A stretch of DNA of 50,773 nucleotides, the filler included, from Perkinsus olseni (taxonomy: Eukaryota): NCBI GenBank assembly GCA_013115125.1. It is 2 parts of 2 records of this genome, joined end to end, with 100 filler letters (N's around TTAATTAATTAA, not from the genome) between each part and the next. Parts side by side here need not be neighbours in the genome. Positions count along the whole stretch, not along the records: positions 1 to 25,410 come from JABANN010000497.1; 1 more part is not named here. The stretch is one strand, 5' to 3'. Below, in pieces: positions 1 through 12,640 of this stretch; the stretch's first letter is position 1, and every line of letters begins with the position of its first letter. The translations under genes were made by a program, and so were the position numbers. The notes under the pieces are model-generated. The model worked only from the letters and a program-made list of their open reading frames with translations. It was not told the DNA's origin and did not search any database.

Positions 1-114
1 ACCATAGTTCATAAAATAAGTAGAATATAAGGGGGCGTAAGGCAGCAAGACGTGAGTCTTGCGTCTTCGAATAATACACATACCCTACAGTATCCTAATC
101 CATTCGTGAGACGA

Positions 115-196
115 GTCGCCGCTGTAGGGGGCTGGTGCCACGCTGTCGAACCAAACACACAGAAGAACTGAGACCTTGAGCCAAGATGGCTACGGC
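115..196 (-). ncRNA. Spliced-leader (SL) RNA gene, Perkinsus/dinoflagellate type
   Basis: Minus strand 196-175 reads GCCGTAGCCATCTTGGCTCAAG, the 22-nt DinoSL (DCCGTAGCCATYTTGGCTCAAG) with the C variant known from Perkinsus. It is followed immediately by a GT donor (GTCTCAG...). The 3' end is estimated from the ~80 nt size of such RNAs. Confidence 0.85.
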
Positions 197-261
197 TTTT
201 ACGCCGGGAGCATTCATGGGCTTCCGGGCGGGCGACGTATAGTCTCACTAATTAGTAAAAT

Positions 262-325
262 GAATGGTCTGGGGGTCGAACCCGCGACCATTATATTGTG
301 CTGATGTCACTATCTACTGCAACTA
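262..325 (-). pseudogene. tRNA-like relic carrying a Pol III B-box
   Basis: Minus strand GGTCGCGGGTTCGACCCC resembles a tRNA variable loop plus T-arm/B-box. A weak A-box-like TAGTTGCAGTAG lies upstream. No full cloverleaf. Confidence 0.4.
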
Positions 326-1322
326 GAGTGTTTAGGGATCGCTGTCTTAACATTCGGGTATCGGTGGAAGTGTCGCGTCTTGAGCACGGTGGAGCGCAGC
401 AAGACCTGTGCTACGAGGACGCCACTTAGTCCTTCACGTTGGGTTGCAGGGCTTCCGATTGGTGCGCCGAAATTCAAGGTCTATGAGAATGGCTCAATTT
501 GTGGGGTTTCCGGTGTACATCAGGAAGAATTTTTTGGCAAAGTTTTCTGTTTTCGCTTTTTTCAGGATTACATGCTGGCTTGTGCTTTCGACTCCTCACG
601 TCTTGTAGTGGCAGGCCTGCGGGGCAAAGTTGATATCTTTGGTTTCGATGACTGACTATGATGAAGCTAGGATGCGGTTAAACCATTGTTTAATCATGCA
701 TGACTTGTGATGGATCGAAGAATTGTGTTTAAGTGGGAGGAGTTGGGAGGTCCCAAGTTCGAACCTCGCAGCCGTCATCTTGGAGAACGGTTTATCTGAT
801 GAAGTGTGTTTAATAAACTTTATCAGTTGCTAATACACATCAGTCGATTGTGTTTTCAACGTCGTCATCATCATCATCATCATTCGACTGTTTATTGACC
901 CCGTGGCAGTAGACAGCCGAGGGCATCTCAAAACCTTGCATACTACGACAGCGAATCATCCCTGTATTCGGTGGTAATGGAGGCACATGCGTCCTTATAG
1001 GGCTCACCGTTGACGACTCAGTGCACATGACCGAGGGATCGCCCTAGCAGTAGTCCTGCTTGCTGGACATAATCGTAATGCTCTGGTCTTAACGACCTAA
1101 GCAGGCTATTCACAGCACATTGGCTAACCCAAGCATGGTAATGTTTATTATTATGACCGAAATCAACTATGATCACAACTGGATCCCCATCGACCGATGC
1201 TGTGAGAAAACGCGCTGTAAAGATTATTACACGCACTTTGCACGAACTGAGGCGTTTCCAGTCGGGCGCGCGCGGTTTGCATTGGCATTCGTCAGCGTGT
1301 TGACCAACGTATCTACTCAACA

Positions 1323-3207
1323 ATGATAACAGGCAGCCGTCCACAGCAGGCTCAACTCTCTGAGAACATCCCCATGGGGAAGGGCGGCAACACTGTGGTG
1401 GAGTCGCGGAAGCGAGGGGCGTTCATGGACATCAGCAACACTGTTAATGTGGTGCCTGCTCAGACTGGTGGGTCCGCCTTTGTTTCTGACGGTCGAGTTT
1501 GCTTGCTTTAGGTGTGGTGACGAGGAGCAAGGCAGCGGCAGCACGGTTGTCTGCGAACAAGTTGGAAGATCTCGATGATACGGTCATGCAGGGGACCACT
1601 CCGGCGAGGTTGGAGTTGCATCAGTTGGTTGATTGGAAAGATACCATCCCTCCCGAGGATCGTCAAGTGAGCCGCCTGCTTCTGTCTCGAGTGATTTGCT
1701 CTTTCTCAGGACCTCCCCAACCCCCAGTTTGTGTCGGAGTACGTGAACACCATCTTCGTCCACATGAACGGTATCGAGCAGAAGTAGGTGCGCTCCGGCT
1801 TCTGCTGTGAGGAGTGGCGTCGTTGTTTAGATACCGACAGTCCTGGGACTACATGGCGAGGACGCAGACTGACATCACGGAGCGGATGAGGGCTGTTCTG
1901 ATCGACTGGCTGGTGGAAGTTCACTGGAAGTTCAAACTCGTTCCGGAAACTCTTTACTTGACGGTGAGTTCGATTGATTCGCTGTTCGTTTTTCGCTCGT
2001 TCACGAGGGCTCCCAGGAGACTTATCTCGGTTATGATGGTGTTCACTTCTCCGGTTTGGGTGTGGTGGTAGTTTGTCTTTCATTCGTGTTGCCAGGTCAA
2101 CTTGATCGATCGATACCTCGAACAATGCCCTAACCTCCCACGTACACGGTTGCAGCTTGTCGGTGTGACCTGCCTGTTGATTGCCTCCAAGTGAGCGAGA
2201 TTTTGCGGTTGTTGCGCAAAATTGGTGTCTTGCTAGATATGAGGATATATATGCGCCAGAAATGAAGGACATAGTCAGCATATGCGACAGGACCTATCAA
2301 CGTCATGAAGTGATGCAGATGGAAGTGGATATCCTCAACACGCTTGGGTAATTTTCTGCTATGAATCCTCTTGTTGTGAGTTGTCGTCGTGGCGTTCAGG
2401 TTCTGCTTGACGACGCCATCTGCCATGATGTTCCTGCTTCGATATGCCAAAGTCATGGAGTGCGACGAGAAGCACTTCTTTTTGGCACAGTATTGTTTAG
2501 AGCTCGCCCTACCTGAGTAGGTTGGGGAGAGGGTCATCGACGGGCGTTGTTGGTATCTCGCTCGCTGTCTTTGGGATCTGGGTTGTTATCGTGTTACTCA
2601 CTTTCTACTGGTCGGATTTTGGACGGTTGCATAACACTTGAGGCGCCAGTAAATTTTCCCTTTCGATGAAGGGATGTTGTGGTATGGTGATCGCTGTATT
2701 TCTGTCCAGGTATAGTATGCTGAAATATTGTGCAAGTCAGTTGGCGGCGGGCGCTTTGTATTTATCTAACAAACTGGTTAGAAAGCCTACAGCGTGGCCA
2801 CCTCATGTGGCCGTGCACTGCCCTAACACTGAACAAGAGGTGAAGACGGTCGCGAAGGAACTATGTGCATTATTGCAAGCAACGACCAACGAGGACCATT
2901 CGGGAACACAACTTCGAGCGGTGAAGAAGAAGTTCCAACTCTCGAAGTAACTAGGGTATAGGCTGACACTGGGCTGCCAGCGCACTGGCAAATGCTTTCA
3001 TCCTTTCTTGTGATTGAGGCGCAGTTTTCGCGAGTTTTTAGTGATGGTGGTCGGTTAGGAAATCGTGTTTTATGTTTCAGCTTTTTTCCTTACCGTTGTC
3101 GTTCTGGTTGATCACCCTTTTTTTAATGCTTTCTGGCCTCAGGGTGCAAGCTGTGAGAGTGTTTCTTCGTCAGGTTTCGCAGTGTATCCCGCATGGTGCT
3201 CGGCTGA
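1323..3207 (+). CDS. Mitotic B-type cyclin (about 9 exons)
   Basis: Spliced translation gives a D-box-like RGAFMDISN, the cyclin box [55 protein letters not shown] and a C-terminal cyclin fold, ending FRSVSRMVLG-TGA at 3205-3207. GT-AG introns restore the frame. Confidence 0.95.
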
Positions 3208-4025
3208 GGAAGATGAAGAGTGAAGCATTTCATCCCGTGTTTATAATAAAGATTTATCACACGAAATTGTCTCTATCATCAAGGTTTATCGTCAGTTTGT
3301 ATGGTCCAGTGGAATGAAGAGACTCTGGACTTGTCGCTTGAGAAATGAAGCCAATCGAGGGATCCATTAGCGTCGCTGTCGCCAGTAGTACGTGCGTGAG
3401 CGATGGAGACTGTTGATGGTGTTCCCCCGATTCAATTAGTTGAAAATGCTGCTGTAGAGTAGCATTGCTGCATGAAAGGTGCACGAGAAGGATATTTTCG
3501 GAAGAAAGTTTTGCGTTTATGGGACGCAGAATGATTAAGCGCCTCACAGCAGTTGGTCGTGTATGCCGCTGGCGTTTGGTTGAGTTTACGTGCGCGGCGT
3601 ATTGTCAGTGAGTCTTTTGTTAGCTCATCCAGGTACATCCGCTCGACTCGTTTTTTTGCTTCCACCTGCGGTTCTATTGGACGTGTGCCGTACGGTGTCA
3701 CGCGAAATGGTTGCAATAGGACTGTGTTGGCAGAAATACCGCAGTCACCGCGACGGCGGTGTCGATGGTCAAAAGAGTAATGTGAATTCCGTAGCATGTA
3801 TTTTGATTAGTCGACGAGACTTTCTCCTTTTGTGAGAGGTGTTGCGTTACAGTGCGTGGTTGACGGCATAAACGGTCTTCGGTTGCACAATGAGCTTCTC
3901 CTAATGTGGTATACTGCTGAAGTGATGCGGTCGAGTGCCACTGATAGAACGACAATCATGTGTCGACTAGGAACGAGGAAAACGCGTACCTTGAAACGTT
4001 AAAATGTTTATAGGTTATTGCAGGC

Positions 4026-4294
4026 TAGAGGGGGGCGACAGTTCGGGTACGGTCTAGTACGGAGTACGGTACGGGTATGGGTACGAGTACGGCTCCGTAC
4101 CCGTACTACCCGTCGCAGCGGTCCCAAAGTACCGCACTAGTACGCCGTACTTGAAGTACGGCGTAATTTAATACGCGTATGCGTTGTTTAATATAGTTAC
4201 TTCGTACTAGATCTCCGTACCCGTACTAGGTTGACAGTTTGAAACGTACTCCGTACCGTACCTTCCTCAAACCCAGTACGGTTGCCCAGCTCTT
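4026..4294. mobile_element. Non-autonomous hAT-like MITE
   Basis: Imperfect terminal inverted repeats (TAGAGGGGGGCGACAGTTCGGGT vs reverse complement of the right end AAGAGCTGGGCAACCGTACTGGGT). Dense GTACG/CGTAC subterminal repeats. Flanking 8-mers TTGCAGGC and GTGTAGGC match 6/8 as a decayed TSD. Confidence 0.7.
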
Positions 4295-4380
4295 GTGTAG
4301 GCAACGCGCACGCTGCATCTGAGAGTACCTTTCTGGTGTATATTGTGCATGGTTAACCTATGCTAGTTCGTATCTTTGTA

Positions 4381-7300
4381 ATGAGTTCGTCACTCCCCAA
4401 GTCGTCTTTTCGCTCTGATGAGCCGTTGCTGATGATATTCGACGACTTCCTCACAGCAGAGGAGTGCGATAGGGTTACGAAACTGTCCTTGAGGCAGGTT
4501 GAAGGTAGTAAGATTCGGGCATCGATCTTGTGTGTGTGAGATAAAGTCCAACGCCTACGACAGTACGGCTCAGTTAGACTAGTAGCACCGACGTACCTTT
4601 CTGAGGGGGATTAGTTCAGCCTGGTAAATAGGCCTTGTTTACCGATCTTGTCCTCGGTTTTCTTGCTTTATTTGATATTATAGACAACTTGGTTGCAAAT
4701 ATTCGCAAACTTAGGCGATCACGGAAACTGAGGCTCACACTATTCCCGCTGGCTTTATCATTTCGCCACTCCTACCATTCTATGCTTTTTTTCCACTCGG
4801 ACTTCAGCTTGATTGGGAGGGCTAATTGTGTAATAGCGGAGGTGAAGAGATGGTATGATTGTTTGTACAATTATTATTCGCTAGTATCACTTTCATAAGT
4901 ATCATAATTATTTTCATCTTCGTATTTCCCGAGTTTTTCCGGCGCAGGTTGTCCGATGGTTTAATATCTTGGAAATGGTAAACATATCGGGTATCTTATG
5001 TAGGCACCATGTTCACGAGTAAGCTCAGGATACCTTTGCCAGTAAAAGAGGAAGAAAAGATACTCCCCGAGGACGTTGAGTTCCTTCAGAACGTAATACT
5101 GGGGATTTGCGGCGACCTGGGTCGTGGCCTGCGTATTAGACGCTCACTGATCAGGTCGAGTGAGGGGGTAAGTATAGGGCGTTTCGCGCCACTGCGTTGG
5201 GCTTCACGTCAAAAATTCCCCCATGGTACATTTTTGCATGTTGTAATTCCAGGATAGGCATGGAAAATCTTACCTCGAACGCTGTGGCTAACAAGCGTTT
5301 TTTTTCGCGTCCTTTGCACTGATTGGTGAATCGGCGGGGGGACGTGATATTTTCGCTGATTACGGTGAAGCATTATGATTCGTTTTTTACTGTAGTAGTG
5401 CAACTGCGCAACTATGGAAGCTCAGCTCAGCTCAGCTTGTGGCTTGTGAATGGCTTCATCGGTGTAGTTTGAGTTGGACAGAAGCTCAGGATTCCACCAG
5501 CCATTTTCCACTTGAGTTGACATCTATGCGCACCAGTCAGTTGAGAGCATTGTGATGAATTGTCATGGTATCTTAGGTCGAAGACCGTATCGGACAAATC
5601 TGCCAATGCCCACCGCATGAAGGTGAAGTCCCTCTGGTCACGATGTTGACGCCCCCAAGCAAACAGCCCGCGAACGATGGAGAGAGACGACTTCATTTGG
5701 GGCTGCATGTTGGTAATATTCTTGCGGCTCGATTTCGTATCCTTTCGAATGTGTTGTTTTCTCCTGGCGTATTTTTACGTCGCTAGTTTGTGAAAAAACA
5801 GTAATGTAAAATCAAATTCATTTTTTCTGAAAGTCGCTTTCTGTCAGATACCAACGGTAATCGACCTTTTCGGTTTTGTACAGCTATCATTTACCTCTCG
5901 GATGTCTCCGAGGGTGGAGAGACCGTTTTCCCGGTAATATCAGCGTGATGGGGATTCTTGCGTGTCGATAGAAGCTTCCCTAATACATCGCGCTGTACAT
6001 GGTCTAATCGTTACGTCTCTCAGCTCAGAAGCCTCCGCCGACTGTCACGCCAATTCTGCACAATAGAGGCTTTCAAAAATCTCCCTGTCGCCAGCCGCTG
6101 CGGTCTTCCTGTGTGTCACCAATGTGCGGTTCGCCCTCGTTGCCTGTTTCTGAAAGGAGTGGTTTCGGAAAAATTAGAAAGGCGTGAAAAACGTTTCGCC
6201 GTCTCTCGTAATAGAGAATGATCCAGACAAAAGCTAGCATAGATTCGGAATCGCTGGGCTTTATTTTTGCTCGCAAATATTACCGCCAGAATCCTTGCTA
6301 TTATTTTATAACGATTCGGCGCCTGTACTTCAGAAGGACATCTTCTCCGTCAGGTCAAATCGACCAGCCCCGAGTTGGTGATGGGCGCTCAGATGCTCCT
6401 CAAAAGTGGCATAGACCATCTTGATAAGGTCGATGAGAAATCGCCAGAGGGTATCCGAGTTGTTGCTGGTATCTTACGCACCGCGAAGATTTTTGCGAAA
6501 CCCCTTCTTGGACCTCAGATATGCTGGAAACTGCGACATCAGCTCCCGATGCTTTCACGGTTCAAGCCAAAAAAGGAAGGTTGGTTTTGTTTTACACTCG
6601 AGGAGACCGTGGAGAGATCGACCCTCTCAGCTGGCACGGCGGCGCAACTGTAAGAAAAGAGCGCTCCTCCTACTGGACCGCTTGTGTGAGCTGGCGCTAT
6701 GTCCCATGGATTTGCCTCCGACTCGCCCGATTCTCCGGCGACCATGACCATCAATGAGCTCGGAATGAGTGGAATTGGGGACAAATCCATGGGAGATACC
6801 GCCAGATCACTGTATAAATTAACTCTTGGCCGGCAAAAAAAATCTAAAAATCATTTTTCTCGACTAGAAGTGAGAGCTGTTCTACGAAACTTACACCAAT
6901 CGAAAGCTCTACAAATTTCTGACCTAATGAGCTCTGAACCCCGGTATATTCATGCTTCAAATCATTTAGATCAGCTCTGAACCATTTTTTTTGACCGGAC
7001 TGTATGCAGTGGACTCGCTACTCAGTCAGCTGGAAGTAGTGAGTGTTGATATGGCGTTCACGGATTGAGGGGGGGGGATGACGCATTTCACTACACCCCA
7101 TTGCGAGGGAAGAGCGCGTGAAGCATGGAAGGGTTCACACTGTACTGTATGTGGAGATGGAAAGGCAACGCTGAAGGAATAGCTACGTTTGTTTTCGCAG
7201 GTTCAATGCAGTGGCGGGAAGCCGAAGATGAAGTGGACGTTACAGAAATTCAAGGAGATTCCAGTTGATGCAAGAGAGAGTGGAGAGCGGTTACGCCAAT

Positions 7301-7593
7301 GGGTTCATGATAATAGGGATGCTGTCAAGAAGATTTATGCGGTAGTATCTTAAGGTCGAATCATGATGTGTATCTTGAGGTCGAATCATGATGTATATCT
7401 TGAGGTCGAATCATGATGTGTATCTTGAGGTCGAATCATGATGTATATCTTGAACTCGGAATACCGGGCATACCTCCGTCTCGAACCGCACTGTATATCT
7501 TGCGGTTGAGTTTACTTGAACAGCTCTTAATGAGATGACCCTCTAGTATCATGAATCTTGAGTAATTATCGATATTTTCAGGTACAGAAGTGA
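4381..7593 (+). CDS. Prolyl 4-hydroxylase-like 2-oxoglutarate/Fe(II) dioxygenase (multi-exon)
   Basis: Exons translate to EPLLMIFDDFLTAEECD (4381-4504), GLHV|DTNGNRPFRFCTAIIYLSDVSEGGETVFP (HxD motif split by an intron, ~5700-5933), VQAKKGRLVLFY..DPLSWHGGAT (~6521-6649) and VQCSGGKPKMKWTLQKF (7201 on). The stop is either TAA 7351-7353 or TGA 7591-7593 after one more intron. Confidence 0.85.
6828..7002. mobile_element. Possible Tc1/mariner-type MITE remnant in an intron
   Basis: Inverted ends GGCCGGCAAAAAAAAT ... ATTTTTTTTGACCGGACTG followed by TA. The left end is degenerate. Confidence 0.35.
7346..7453. repeat. Minisatellite, 25-bp unit x ~4.3
   Basis: TATCTTGAGGTCGAATCATGATGT(G/A) in tandem, with the last base alternating G/A (50-bp higher-order unit). 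Confidence 0.95.
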
Positions 7594-7687
7594 GGCTGAA
7601 GGTGATCATTCTAAAGATTCCTTTTGGATTTGCTGTTTCTATCGATCACTCAATCGATTCGCTCCGAGTTCCATAGTGGGATGTTGT

Positions 7688-7709
7688 CGTATAGACTGTA
7701 CGGTACAGT
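7688..7709. repeat. 22-bp 7+8+7 scar (target CGTACAGT, 1 mismatch)
   Basis: CGTATAG-ACTGTACG-GTACAGT. Confidence 0.75.
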
Positions 7710-8214
7710 TGATTAGTCTCTTCTGAGGAGTCTTTGCGCAGCGCGAAGGTTGGGCCCTACACGCCGTCCGAGAGTTCCCTCGGCTGATAGTCCGAGTTCA
7801 GATAGGTGGATACATCCTCAGTTGTGGGCGGCTGGGCAGCCCTGAAAATCCCTAGACACTGCCAATTATGGTGATGCCCTATGTCGAGCACGTCGCTTCT
7901 GCTTTGCTCCGCCGGTTTTGACTTACTGTGTTACAGTAAGGTTGAACTGAACGAAGGACACTAGTGGCAGCGCGTGGTCAAGTAGACGAATTACTGCGGG
8001 CTACGACTAGGGGACGGGGTTCTCGCGAGACTGTTATGAAACTCCCTTTGCATCAATATGCACGCGTGTCAAAATGACAGTATCTTTGCGCATGCGTGCA
8101 GATTCCTTGTGTGGGCTGTCGTAGTTTCGCAGCATAACGATTTTCTGCGCCCAGGCCCTTTGCGCTCCAGAGTCACCCTTATCGTCCGGAGACTACCTCC
8201 CTTGTTTCACTCAC

Positions 8215-10675
8215 ATGCCAACCGTGACACCCTCCCACACCGACAACATCACTGGCGGGTGAGAATTCCGTGTCGCTTCATCCAATGATGATCTCCCCTT
8301 GGCAGTTCAGTTAAGGCTCTCAAGGAAGATTCCTTCGTGTCCGAGCTGAAGCACAAGTACCTCTCTACGCCCGATGACCCGGAGGAGTACGCTTGAGAGA
8401 GACCAGCGGTTTGAGAGCTCCTCGCTCCCGTTCCACCGTCTGCTCGTCGATCAGCGAAGATGCTTTTAGATAGTATTGATTGAATTTTTCCTCTAAACAT
8501 CTAGCCACATCTCTATACTCAGAGCGACGTCGGCTTGCACGCCAGTATCGGTAGCATCATTCATCATCGTTCATTATTCTCAGATACATCAGTTTAGAAG
8601 ATGCCCGCGGAGCTCACAACTACCATCCCCTTCCAGTCGTCCTGGCCCGTGGTGAGGGCTGCTATGTGTGGGATGTCAAAGGAAAGCAATATCTTGATTT
8701 CTTGTCTGCGTAAGCTCCTGTTGGAATATGGCCCATTCCGCTTTACACGCTTCGACGTCGCTCCTCAGCATTGCTCTTTATGAGAGCTACACGCGCTAAT
8801 GTCATTTTTACGTTTCGTTGATCGAATTTTATTCTTTCGTCGCTTTCGTTTCATTCATCTTTGAAATGAGTGCCAGAAAACGACAAGTGATAGCGGCAAC
8901 TTCCTCGCCTTTTGGTTGAGCGGTTGAGCTCCCCTACAGATATTTCCACTAGTGGCATCATCACGGCCAAATGATGATCATTTTGACGCAGTTGTTCTTT
9001 TCGGTTAGATACTCTGCTGTTAACCAAGGCCATTGTCATCCGCGCATTGTCGCTGCCCTCGTTCAACAAGCGCAGAAATTGGCGTTAACAAGTCGGGCGT
9101 TTCACAATGAAACCTTGGCGTTGTTCACCAAGTTCATGACCGATTTTTTCGGGTGAGGCGGATGGTCCTCCGCTCGTCTTCATCAGTTTGGTCTGCGTCA
9201 GTTACGATAGAGTTCTCCCTATGAATAGCGGAGTAGAGGCGGGAGAAACTGCCTGCAAATTGATCAGAAGGTGCGCCGAAATTAACTGCTTTGCTTGCTC
9301 TTATTGCCTTTCAGGTGGGGTTATGAGGTGAAGAGAATCCCGAAAAACAAGGCTGTCATCGTTTTCGCTGAGGACAATTTTTGGGGTGAGTTTCCGGTGA
9401 AGGGCGTCAAAGTTTCCATTATGAGTAAATTAGTGTATACACCGAGTCTTTGGTTCTCTCCGCTGGAATCAATGGTGGACGTTGCAGTGGTATTCCGCTC
9501 TGCATTGCGCACGGCATCGTGGCTTTCAGGCCGTACGTTGGCTGCGTGCAGCTCCTCGACCGATCCAGATTGCTACAACAACTACGGTCCCTTCTTGCCT
9601 GGCTTCGAAATAGTGAGCTCTCGGAGATTACGCTCGCCCGTCTGCGGTATCTTCGATCTTGAAGGTGCCGTACAATGACGTCGATGCGTTGAAGAATCTA
9701 TTTGAAAGCAACCCCAACATCGCGGGCTTCTACGTTGAGCCCATCCAAGGCGAGGCCGGCGTGAACGTCCCTGATGACTCGTACTTGCCTGCGGTCCGTG
9801 AACTCTGCACCAAGTAGGGCGCCACTTCGCCCCCGTTGGAGAGTGGATCGCCATCAGGCACAACGTGCTGCTGTGTTGTGACGAGATTCAGACCGGCCTC
9901 GCTCGCACAGGAAAGTTGCTCTGCTGCGATCATTGGGGCGTTCGCCCGGACATTCTGGTCGGTCTTCGCTAGTAACACGTGGCTTAACAACTCCGGCAGG
10001 TTCTCGGGAAGGCTCTCAGTGGCGGGATGTATCCTGTTTCTGCGGTGCTGTCGAGTCATGAGATTATGTTAACCATCAAGCCTGGGCAGCATGGTTCCAC
10101 GTAAGATACCTTCAATGGGCCTCTCCCTCACTCTATTCAGATACGGTGGCAATCCAATCGCCTGCCGTGTAGCGATGGAGGCTCTCTCCGTTATCAAGGA
10201 CGAGAAGCTGGTCGAAAGAGCCGATCGGCTCGGTGTGATATTCCGGGCCAAACTAGAGGAAGGCATCGGGAAGATGACCTGGGTGAAGCAAATTCGAGGT
10301 GGGTATTGCCGCTTGGATTTCTCCATCCAGTTCCCATGACCAGGTAAAGGTTTGCTGAATGCTGTTGTATGTGATGACACCTTCCGTGATAAGGTGAAGG
10401 CTTGGGACGTAGGGCTTCCTCATCCCGTTACTAGGTGGTCTACCGCGATGTCGTCGTTCAGGTTTGCTTGGCCCTCCGTGATGCTGGTCTCCTCGCCAAA
10501 CAGACTCACGATAATATAATACGCTTTGCTCCTCCACTGGTCATCCCGGAAGTCCGTCGAGTGGAAAAATTTCTTTGATCACTTTTTCGGCCCTTTTCAG
10601 GAAGCCATGGAGCGAGCTTGTGACATTATCATTGACGTGTTCAAAACTGTCGACGCGAAAGTTGCCGGTCCCTGA
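8215..10675 (+). CDS. OAT: Ornithine aminotransferase (class III PLP-dependent), multi-exon
   Basis: Spliced translation: [121 protein letters not shown]. Stop TGA 10673-10675. The 5' exons are less certain. Confidence 0.95.
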
Positions 10676-11669
10676 AAGAGAACCTCGCCCGTATGAATAA
10701 ACATGAGTTGTCATTTCTCTCATCGATTAGTGTTTTCTCATTTCGTTATCATAGACCGGCCCGTAGTGTCGAGTTGAACCCTCACGTGGGGGTGCTCACG
10801 TGCTCAATATCTTACGGTAGTCTCGGGAGCGATGCAAACGATGGCACAGTTCGTTGCTGATTTTGAGAGGCTTGCCATCATCTGAGCACCCGTGGTTGCT
10901 CGACAGCCTCTCGTTTTCACATTCTCTCTCCCTGAGGAAAAGAAGAGAACTCGCATATAAACGAGCGTATTCGTACTCACTGCGTCTATTGCTCGCTCGC
11001 ACTTATCTAGCTAAGGAGGGATGACGTGGTGGATTTGATCACGGGCCGTGCGGTTCACGGTCAGATGCTCTGTGAATTGAGGCTCCAGTCTGAGGCGCAC
11101 AAGGCATTGGCCTCTGACGAAATTCCCTCCCGTCTCCCGTTATGGGGTCTTAGGGATTCACCGCCTCTCCTCAGTGTTGGACCGTGTGCGCGGGGGTGTC
11201 AATGAAACGTGCCGGTTATAAGCAACGCGAGCACATAGAGAAACAAGGCTGCACTCGCCGTCCCAGCACACCATGTCGTTCCGTTTGTTCTTGGTGAAAA
11301 GCACTGTTAGAGACGTACGCGTTCTAGGTCCAGCTTCCTTACAGTGAAACGGTCAGGACCCCCCTCTTGGAGGCTCACCACAGGGAGCTACTTCTGATGA
11401 ATGAGGCTACAGTCCTCCCCTACACTCGTCACCCGAGCGTCGACGAGAGGAAATATCTGGAGAGTGCGAACCTAGAACGGCCCCAACCTTCCTCAGCGTG
11501 CGTCTTCCCCTCCGTCGCCCAGCGTGAGGTTCGGGTCTTCGCTGGAATCCAGAGCTAAGTCTGACTGTTGCGGCTCGGGCTCATCTAGGAACTCACTATC
11601 GAACTGATTCGCCGAACTCCGGTTACTCTTTAGACGATCTGGCTGTGACAGTTGGACCATCGGAACCGG

Positions 11670-11691
11670 CGTTGGAGTCCAACGGTTGGAC
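11670..11691. repeat. 22-bp 7+8+7 scar (target CGTTGGAC, perfect)
   Basis: CGTTGGA-GTCCAACG-GTTGGAC. Confidence 0.9.
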
Positions 11692-12527
11692 TATGAAGTT
11701 TATAGTATAAACTCACACACCATTGGACGCTGGGCATTATGGTGATGATGAAATTTGTTGCCAAGGGAATCTGCGACCATTTTCGAAACTTTTTCGAAGC
11801 TCCTATTGCTCCAACTGTTCCACGACACTGTGCGCCTGATTAGTCGAAGCTACGCAAAGGGCTGACCGATAATACAAGTTTATTCCCTGGAGCTCCAACG
11901 AGGGGATCCAGCCTAGGTAGAATTTATACGAATAAGTGGTAGTTGGTCCTTCATCCACCCACGGTTCGCACAAGAACTGTCTTTTGTTCGAGCGCAGTTT
12001 CCGCTGAGACGACTGAATATGGAATGAGATATTCTCCGTCACACAACTATCGACTCCACGAGAAACATACCGATCCTAAAGCGTAGCCTACGGACATGAG
12101 ACGTTACATTGTTGAACTTACATACGGCGACAACTTCTATTAGATCGCAGTTGCACTGGTGAGAGAGGCTCGATGGGACACGAATTGAACGAATGGGCCC
12201 ACAATGCGCTATTGTATCTTTCGGGTGGACGCATTAGCGCTGTGCGCGGATAGATTTTCTCCGCAATTATTTGAGTCCAAAGACTTTTGTACTCCAAGGA
12301 CTCAATTGTATGGTAAAGGTCTCAACTACCATTAGCGTCAATTATATAATGGAAACGATATTATTATAGTCGGCATGCACGTTATGCATCCTATGAGCCT
12401 TCAGTTGCTACTCCGCACGAGTACGGCGAACCTGACAACCTGCTAGCGGTATTGGGAGCTGCAGATATGATCGCAACTTGCGCTGCGGAACCTCATTTTG
12501 ACTGCTGCCGCTGGATCGATTCCTTAG

Positions 12528-12640
12528 CCCAGGACATAAGGAAAGGAGACTAGGATCTTAACATCTAGGATTTAGGAATTAGGACACGGTTATGACGTTA
12601 GGACGGGCGGTTAGGACGTACGGATTTCACAACACACTTT
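12528..12640. mobile_element. Probable DNA-transposon terminus remnant (hAT-like subterminal repeats)
   Basis: About nine (T)AGGA(C) motifs in one orientation ending in TTTCACAACAC. No partner end found. Confidence 0.35.

Noticed and set aside
7346-7453. CRISPR-like repeat
   Set aside because: Head-to-tail 25-bp units with no spacers, in a eukaryotic intron or 3' region.
4381-10675. P4H-like gene next to OAT as a proline-metabolism cluster
   Set aside because: Only two genes, and the P4H-like substrate is unknown. Adjacency alone is not evidence without conserved synteny.
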